Assembly: GCA_037481715.1 (NCBI GenBank)
Contig: JBBFLD010000009.1
Location: forward strand, 36,909 to 100,908
Direction: 5' to 3'
DNA length: 64,000 nucleotides
DNA from: Melioribacteraceae bacterium
Lineage (GTDB): Bacteria > Bacteroidota > Ignavibacteria > Ignavibacteriales > Melioribacteraceae
Position numbers and translations under genes: made by a program. The notes beneath the pieces were generated by a model. It did not search any database. It saw only the letters and a program-made list of their open reading frames with translations, and had not been told where the DNA came from. Positions 57,644 through 64,000 of this stretch are shown in pieces (position 1 is the first letter of the stretch; every line of letters begins with the position of its first letter).

Positions 57644-59983
57644 TTGCAGTCAATAAAGAATCTTAATTATAAATTAGTTTATCTTTCTTTATTTGTTGTT
57701 TCTGTTTCTATTGTTGCTTTTGAAATTATATCAACAAGAATTTCTTCGGTAATTTTTGTTTATAACTATGCTTATATCATCTTATCTTTTGCAATACTGG
57801 GATTAGGTTGCGGCGGTATTTATTCTTTTTATAAAATCAAAATTAAAGACAAAAACACACTGAACGAAATTGTTTTTAGGTTATTACTCTACTATGCACT
57901 TTCATTAACAGGCTTTATTGTTTTAGTTATCTTATTTGCAATTACAAATCATTTTGTTTTTTTCTTATTGTTAATTGTTCCATTTTTCTTGGCAGGAATT
58001 TTATATTCTATTTTTTTCGAATACTATTCTGAAATAATTTCAAAATTATATGCTGCCGATTTAATTGGCGCTGCCTTTGGTGCTTTTATCCCAATTTTTC
58101 TTATTAAAATTTTTGGTGCACCCAACAGCATTTTTTTCCTTTCTCTATTAATATTATTCTTTTCATTTTTATTGAAGTATAACAATAAAAAGATTAGAGG
58201 ATTGTTAATTATTCCACTCTTTGCTTTCATAATTTTATTTATAAATGGGAAAAATGAATTTTTAGGTAAAGTGCCAATCGGTAATTTTCCCGAGAAAGAT
58301 TTTTATTATGTCTATCCCGATTTAAATGTTCAGGCAAATATTATAGACAGCCGCTGGAGTATTTATGGAAGAGCAGACCTTGTTCAATATAGTCATCAAG
58401 ATATTGTAAAACAATTATTTATTGATGGAGCCGCAGGAACACAGATGTATCGTTTTAATGGAGATATAAAAAATCCAGATAAAACAACATTAAGACTTTT
58501 ACTTGGTCATTCAACTACAATTCCATTTTTATTTTTAACTGAAAATCAAAAAGATTCGATATTAATAATTGGTCCAGGCGGAGGAAAGGAAGTATTGATA
58601 AGCTTGCTCTCTGGAATTAAACAGATAACAGGAGTTGAAATCAATCCTGATTTTGTTGATATAGTTAAAAGTCACAGTAAATTTAATGGCGGCATTTACA
58701 ATAAGTTTTCAAATGTGAAAATTATTGTAAAGGAAGGAAGACATTATGTTAAGCAGTCAAATAAAAAATTTGACATAATTTTAATTGCATTGCCTTCAAC
58801 TGAACAGCTTCAAAATATAGATGCTCTGGCAATGAGCGAAAATTATTTGCTTACATCCGAAGCATTATCTGATTATATGAATGTTTTAACAAACGAAGGA
58901 ATGTTAATTTTAACACTCCATAACAAATGGGAACTGCTGAGATTAATTACCACTGCAGTAACTACATTTGAAAAAATTGGAATATCAAATGTTGATGCTG
59001 TCAAACACTTTGTTATACTTGAAGATGAATATGCTCCAACAATTGTGATTAAAAAATTGCCTTTTACAGTAAACGAGATTAATGATTTAAAAAGTAAATT
59101 GAAAAATCTTCCCAAGATTTTTCCGCAGGTTACATTTTTGCCTTATGATGAAGATTTTAATGTAAGCGGTTCATTTATCAATGATTTGCTGGTCAATCTT
59201 TCTAATAATAAAATTGATTTGAAAAGTTATATTGAAAATCATCCGTTTGATATTAGTCCAGTTGCAGATGACAGACCATTTTTTTACAAAATTTCAAAGT
59301 TATTACCAGATGAAATTAAGTGGCTTTTAATCAGCATCTTAACAATAAATATTTTACTCTTCCTTGCAGCTTTAAAATCTTTCAAACGTGAAAAGAATTT
59401 TCTAAAAATTAAAAGACTTAGAAAAATATTGTTGTTGTTTGCTTTGATAGGACTCGGTTTTATGATTATAGAAATTTCTCTCTTTCAAAAATTAATTTTA
59501 TATGTTGGCTCTCCTACAATATCACTTTCAATTTTGCTGTTTGCTGTACTTACAGGAATGGGTCTTGGAAGTGGAATGAGAGAAAGAATTATAAAAATAG
59601 AAAATTATCAAAGACTAAAAATTATTTGCGCCTTAATAATTCTTTATGGTTTTATTGTTTTCTTCTTTGGACAGTTTTTGTTCAGATACTTATTGTTATT
59701 TAATCAATATTTTGTAATTGCTATTATGATTTTGTTAATCTTGCCTTTGGGTATTTTGCTTGGTTTTCTGTTTCCAACACTCATAAGTTTATTGAAGGGA
59801 AATACACTTGATAATTATATTCCTTGGATGTATGGAATTAATGCCTCAACATCAGTTCTTGGTTCAGTAACAGCATATTCATTGTCAATGTTAACTGGTT
59901 TTACATACACTTTTGTTATCGGTCTTTTGTTTTATTTCTTCTTTGCTTTGTTGATTAATTCAAAAAGAGTTTTATTGCTTTGA
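57644..59983 (+). CDS. Polytopic membrane protein with a central spermidine-synthase-like (SAM-dependent) domain
   Basis: About 7 N-terminal and about 6 C-terminal TM helices. These flank a soluble domain with IIGPGGGKEVL, GVEINPDFVDIVK and FDIILIALPS, a SpeE-like motif order. TTG start. Confidence 0.65.
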   Translation: MQSIKNLNYKLVYLSLFVVSVSIVAFEIISTRISSVIFVYNYAYIILSFAILGLGCGGIYSFYKIKIKDKNTLNEIVFRLLLYYALSLTGFIVLVILFAITNHFVFFLLLIVPFFLAGILYSIFFEYYSEIISKLYAADLIGAAFGAFIPIFLIKIFGAPNSIFFLSLLILFFSFLLKYNNKKIRGLLIIPLFAFIILFINGKNEFLGKVPIGNFPEKDFYYVYPDLNVQANIIDSRWSIYGRADLVQYSHQDIVKQLFIDGAAGTQMYRFNGDIKNPDKTTLRLLLGHSTTIPFLFLTENQKDSILIIGPGGGKEVLISLLSGIKQITGVEINPDFVDIVKSHSKFNGGIYNKFSNVKIIVKEGRHYVKQSNKKFDIILIALPSTEQLQNIDALAMSENYLLTSEALSDYMNVLTNEGMLILTLHNKWELLRLITTAVTTFEKIGISNVDAVKHFVILEDEYAPTIVIKKLPFTVNEINDLKSKLKNLPKIFPQVTFLPYDEDFNVSGSFINDLLVNLSNNKIDLKSYIENHPFDISPVADDRPFFYKISKLLPDEIKWLLISILTINILLFLAALKSFKREKNFLKIKRLRKILLLFALIGLGFMIIEISLFQKLILYVGSPTISLSILLFAVLTGMGLGSGMRERIIKIENYQRLKIICALIILYGFIVFFFGQFLFRYLLLFNQYFVIAIMILLILPLGILLGFLFPTLISLLKGNTLDNYIPWMYGINASTSVLGSVTAYSLSMLTGFTYTFVIGLLFYFFFALLINSKRVLLL

Positions 59984-60128
59984 AATTGGAATGAAGAATT
60001 AATCTTTTTGAATTAATTGAATGCAATTAAAAATCATTTTTCTTTAATGATATCTGCTGCAATCAATTATTTTTGAAATGAATCAAAATTTTTTTGATAA
60101 CCTCAGAACTTTTTTAACAAGTTGAATT

Positions 60129-62039
60129 TTATTTCATCAACATCATCTTTCGGGAAAGATTTCCATTTTCACCAATAAGTTTATATATATAAACTCCGCT
60201 TGCTAAATTACTGCCATTAAATTTTACTTCGTGTCTGCCTGCTGGCTTTTCTTCGTTCACCAATGTAGCAACTTTATTTCCAAGAATATCATAGACATTT
60301 AACATAATCCAGCTTTTGGATTGCAGCTCAAAACTAATTGTTGTCTCTGGATTAAATGGATTTGGAAAATTCTGATAAAGAATAAAATCATTCATTCTTA
60401 TAGATTCATCTTCAACATTACTTGATAAAGAACTAAAAATATATTTAGGAGATATAGAAACAATCTGATTGTTTTTCCAGCCTAAACCATAAACAGTAAA
60501 TTCTTCGGGACTATTTACGTAGGTAAATACTTTATCATCTGTTAATTTTATTTTAATATTGGAATTGTTTGAAACAAGAGTTACAGAATCAATATTATGA
60601 AGTGAATTAATAAAATCATTTACATAAAAAATATTTTCTGTTGTAGATCCGTTATATCTTACTGTAATCTTTTCAGTTTTTTCAAGCCAATCGATGTAAG
60701 AATAATCAGTTGAAATATTTTTATTCAGCCATTCTAATCTTTGTTTAATCCAGTTTTTGAGATAATTAATTTCATCCTCATAAGATTTGAAAAAATTTTT
60801 GTTGGGCCAGATGTAAGTTTTGCCGTCGAAACACTGGTTCCATTTTTCAAAGTTTCTTGTTCTTGCTTCAGAAATTTTACTTACGCAGTCATCTATAAAT
60901 TTTGAGATTGTTTCATAACTAAGGATATTATTTTTAAGGTCGTTCCATCTTTTAGCATATTTGTTTTTGAAGATTGGGTCGTTATAAAGTTTGGAGACCC
61001 AGAAAGGAATTTGCCAAAAGTCGTTATAAAGTGGAACTTTATACTGCCAGCCATCAGTGCGCCATCCTTCGTAATAATCAGGAAGCCCGAATGTTAAATC
61101 AAAATCCCAGATTGGACCTGCACAAAGTTTTTTATTTCTGTCTTTGTAAAAGAAAGTGCTTAGTCTGTAAGCATCAACATTTTTTGAGAGTTCAAAGATT
61201 AAGAACATATCTACAAATGAATCTAAGTCGATATAATTCAAATATCCATAAAAAGGGTCGTTGTAGTTAGTTGTATTCATTGTCTTTTCAAAATTTGTAA
61301 CATAGTTTTTAATGTATTCAGCTTGAGCAGAATTAATTTTCTCAGCATCAGGGTATTCATAGATATAAATAATTTTCTGAACTGCACCTTGAAATGGAGG
61401 GTAAGGGGAAGTCCAAGTTTTATCACCAGGATCAACTTTGTCTATTTTAATAATGTATCCTCCAGTAATTATGTTTTCATCAGTATCAGTCGATTCAAGT
61501 TTTGAAATATTTACTCGGTTTTTATCCCTCTTAATTTTTTCTTGAAGTATGTAAATTCCTCTATATTCACCATTAATAATTAGTTCACAAAATTTTATGC
61601 GCGATGAATATCTTCCCATATCGTTGAAAATCTTAAATGCCAAGACATTTCTTAAAAGAGATTTATCTATGTAAGAAGCATTTAAAACCCAGTCGCTTTC
61701 TTTTGGCAAACCAAGTAATGAAACATCAATTTCATTTCCAAGTGAATCACGGGTTTCAATTCCATATTGTTTTTTGTCGAACTGTTGTGAGCTTTGGCCC
61801 CTGATTTCAATTCCAATTCTTCCATTGTAAGCATTGAACGGGTCGGTTATGTTATTAATTTTTCCTTCACCATTGTAAATTATTCCCATGTGAGCATCAA
61901 TTTTGGGTTCATCAACAATTGTTTTTCCTTCTGTATCAATTACAATTATCGGCAAATAAGAAGAAGAAAGCTTGGTTTGAGGAAAAACAAAAGTTGAGAA
62001 AATTAGGAAGCATAGAAAAATGATTTTTATATTATTCAT
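60129..62039 (-). CDS. CotH-family protein (atypical kinase fold) with a T9SS C-terminal domain
   Basis: CotH-like core (YRGIYILQEKIKRDKNRV, DLDSFVDMFLIFELSKNVDAYRLSTFFYKD, GPIWDFDLTFG). C-terminal NFPNPFNPETTISF...GVYIYKL...KMMLMK. Confidence 0.8.
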   Translation of the reverse strand: MNNIKIIFLCFLIFSTFVFPQTKLSSSYLPIIVIDTEGKTIVDEPKIDAHMGIIYNGEGKINNITDPFNAYNGRIGIEIRGQSSQQFDKKQYGIETRDSLGNEIDVSLLGLPKESDWVLNASYIDKSLLRNVLAFKIFNDMGRYSSRIKFCELIINGEYRGIYILQEKIKRDKNRVNISKLESTDTDENIITGGYIIKIDKVDPGDKTWTSPYPPFQGAVQKIIYIYEYPDAEKINSAQAEYIKNYVTNFEKTMNTTNYNDPFYGYLNYIDLDSFVDMFLIFELSKNVDAYRLSTFFYKDRNKKLCAGPIWDFDLTFGLPDYYEGWRTDGWQYKVPLYNDFWQIPFWVSKLYNDPIFKNKYAKRWNDLKNNILSYETISKFIDDCVSKISEARTRNFEKWNQCFDGKTYIWPNKNFFKSYEDEINYLKNWIKQRLEWLNKNISTDYSYIDWLEKTEKITVRYNGSTTENIFYVNDFINSLHNIDSVTLVSNNSNIKIKLTDDKVFTYVNSPEEFTVYGLGWKNNQIVSISPKYIFSSLSSNVEDESIRMNDFILYQNFPNPFNPETTISFELQSKSWIMLNVYDILGNKVATLVNEEKPAGRHEVKFNGSNLASGVYIYKLIGENGNLSRKMMLMK

Positions 62040-62044
62040 AAATT

Positions 62045-62881
62045 TTATTCAACTTTTTTGTAAACTCTTACATATTCGATTTCCATTTTTTGAGGGAATA
62101 TCGAATTATCAATGCCCTGAGCACCTCCCCAATCACCACCAATTGCAATATTAAGTATCAAATGAAAATCTTTGAAGAAGGGCCAGTATTCCCAACCCTT
62201 TCCTTCGTTTTTGAAAGAGAAATATTGTTTATCATCAACAAAAATTTTTATTTCATCTTTATTCCATTCAAGAACATAGTTGTGAAAAGTATCTGTGCAA
62301 TCAGGAACTTTTATTGTTGCAGTTTTTTGTGTTCCAATTCTCCAGTAATATTTATTGCAATGAATTGAACCATGAATAACTCCAGGGTCATAACCTACAT
62401 GTTCCATAATATCGATTTCACCATTATCAGGCCAGCTTCCATTTCCAAGGTTCCAAACAGTGGGAAGCATCCAAATTGCAGGCCAGGTTCCTCTGCCTTT
62501 AGGAAGTTTTGCGCGAATCTCAAAACGTCCGTATGTCCAGTCTCCTTTGCCTCTTGTTACAAGTCTTGCAGAAGTGTATTCTTTTCCATTCCAGTTATCT
62601 CTTCGAGCTTCGATAATTAATTTTCCATTTTCTACTCGAGCATTTTCTAATCGCGCAGAATAGTATTGTTTTTCGTTATTACCCCAGCCGTTGTCTCCAA
62701 TATCGTAACCCCATTTTTGTGGATTTGGGTAACCTTCGTAATTAAATTCATCAGACCAAACTAATTCCCAGCCAGCTATTGCAGTTGAATCTTTGCCGTC
62801 TGGTTCAGTTGCACCAGATTTACAACTGCAGAATGTTAATGAAAAACTTAATGCAGCAATGTAAAGGAGAATGATTTTCAT
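62045..62881 (-). CDS. Glycoside hydrolase family 16 (beta-1,3(4)-glucanase/laminarinase-like)
   Basis: Signal peptide. GH16 catalytic motif ExDxxE (GEIDIMEH). Also WPAIWMLP and a conserved beta-jelly-roll pattern. Confidence 0.9.
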   Translation of the reverse strand: MKIILLYIAALSFSLTFCSCKSGATEPDGKDSTAIAGWELVWSDEFNYEGYPNPQKWGYDIGDNGWGNNEKQYYSARLENARVENGKLIIEARRDNWNGKEYTSARLVTRGKGDWTYGRFEIRAKLPKGRGTWPAIWMLPTVWNLGNGSWPDNGEIDIMEHVGYDPGVIHGSIHCNKYYWRIGTQKTATIKVPDCTDTFHNYVLEWNKDEIKIFVDDKQYFSFKNEGKGWEYWPFFKDFHLILNIAIGGDWGGAQGIDNSIFPQKMEIEYVRVYKKVE

Positions 62882-63004
62882 GGTTTCCCTTCTTTAGTTT
62901 ATTCTTTAACAGCAAGTTAAAATTATTTTTCGAAATTGTCAGTGTTATTTTTTAAGATGAGCATTCGAGATGATTTGATAAATGATTTATTAATGCAAAT
63001 TAAA

Positions 63005-63952
63005 TCAGCTTGGCAACCGAAAAGTTTTTCCAATTTCATCCAACCCGATTATTAGTGGATAGTTCGGAGCTGAATTTCTAAGCCATTCAATTGGTTCATT
63101 TACTGGTTCAATGCCCTGCTTAAATGTTTTTGTGTGAATAGGTATAAAATATTTTGCATTAATATCAGCTGCCATTTTTAATGCTTCTTCCGGATTGCAA
63201 TGATTTCTGCGCCATGGATTATAAGCTCCAATTGGCATTATTGCTATATCAATATTTTCTTCTTTAGCTTTGTTGAGTTTTGTGGTGTAAGCAGTATCGC
63301 CTCCAAACAAAATTTTTTTGCCATGATAATCAATTATGTATGCATTAAAACTTCTTCCATCTTTAAAGAATCCTCTTGAGCGGTCTTTTTCCCAAGGAAA
63401 TCTCCAGCCGAAATGTTTTACTTCAAGTGCTTTAAAACGAATTCCATGTAAATTAATTTCGTCATTCCAATCAAGAACATTTATAGAACGCCACGGCAAA
63501 TCTTCAATTACATCTTTTGTGAGATATGCTGTGATAATATCAATTTTGTTCGGATACTTTTTTGCAAAGTGTTTTAATGTTGGATAATCCATGTGGTCCA
63601 TGTGTGCATGTGAAAGCAGAATAATATCTGGCTGAGGTATTTCATCAATATTTAATGCTGGAGGAGTAATTCTTGATGGACCATAACTTGTGCCCAAGAG
63701 ATAAATTCCTACTCGTTCAAACAAGACAGGGTCAGTCAAAATCCATTTGCCAAAAAAATTTATTAATACAGTTGAATGTCCAATCCAAGATAGAGTTATT
63801 GATTCATCACTCCATGAAGAAGGTTCTGGTTTGTAATTAAGTTTTAGATATGGACTTGCTTTTGTTTTTGAACTTGTAAAATGAGTAAATAAAAATGAAC
63901 CGCTTATAATTAATGATAATTGCCTAATAAATTTTTTTCTTGAAATGTTCAT
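63005..63952 (-). CDS. Metallo-beta-lactamase-fold hydrolase
   Basis: HxHxDH motif (LSHAHMDHMD) and further His/Asp ligand positions (GDTAY, PIH). N-terminal signal-like segment. Confidence 0.8.
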   Translation of the reverse strand: MNISRKKFIRQLSLIISGSFLFTHFTSSKTKASPYLKLNYKPEPSSWSDESITLSWIGHSTVLINFFGKWILTDPVLFERVGIYLLGTSYGPSRITPPALNIDEIPQPDIILLSHAHMDHMDYPTLKHFAKKYPNKIDIITAYLTKDVIEDLPWRSINVLDWNDEINLHGIRFKALEVKHFGWRFPWEKDRSRGFFKDGRSFNAYIIDYHGKKILFGGDTAYTTKLNKAKEENIDIAIMPIGAYNPWRRNHCNPEEALKMAADINAKYFIPIHTKTFKQGIEPVNEPIEWLRNSAPNYPLIIGLDEIGKTFRLPS

Positions 63953-64000
63953 AGAAATGACTTCTAAAATTTCTGCTGTCTAAACATAAAAGCACTGCAA

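Noticed and set aside
1-64000. Search for CRISPR arrays, tRNA/rRNA genes, IS elements and long DNA repeats
   Set aside because: None found by eye. The only recurring nucleotide-level similarity comes from paralogous coding sequences: the T9SS C-terminal domains, the two SurA-like genes and the two pilin-like genes.

Overview
AT-rich (about one-third GC) bacterial chromosomal window. By inference only, it comes from the FCB superphylum and is Ignavibacteria/Chlorobi-like. The basis is several secreted proteins with T9SS 'Por' C-terminal tails (NYPNPFNP...), an hrcA-grpE-dnaJ operon without dnaK, and Bacteroidetes-style glycan enzymes. Almost all of the window is coding. Left to right: (1) hrcA-grpE-dnaJ (-). 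(2) purM, a TatD/radical-SAM fusion, PBP4, prmA (+) and a MarR gene (-). (3) A complete menaquinone operon, menF-D-H-B-A-C-E (+). (4) A 17.7 kb co-directional minus-strand block (16735-34418). It holds a compact type IV filament machine (two pilin-like genes, pilC, pilB, pilT, a PilM/N-like fusion, a PilO/P-like protein, a small secretin). A propeller-type histidine kinase plus CheY lies on one side, and a hybrid kinase plus a REC-DHp protein on the other. (5) argC-J-B-R-G-H (+) with a promoter overlapped by ARG-box-like palindromes. (6) A monocistronic trpB2 (-) preceded by an unannotated 22-codon leader ORF with four consecutive Trp codons and a terminator/antiterminator. (7) A two-gene type II R-M system (SPPY methyltransferase plus MutH/MvaI-BcnI-like nuclease). 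(8) A glycan-utilisation-like locus: TonB-dependent transporter, beta-helix T9SS protein, CE15, GH9, two SurA-like paralogs (one frameshifted), a membrane spermidine-synthase-like protein, CotH, GH16 and an MBL hydrolase. I saw no rRNA, tRNA, CRISPR array, transposase or integrase. The most unusual element is the type IV filament locus. Its two putative major subunits have essentially no leader peptide (MGQQQ...) and lack the Phe+1/Glu+5 hallmarks of the prepilin signal, and no prepilin peptidase or minor pilins are present. All family assignments come from motifs read by eye. No database search was run.
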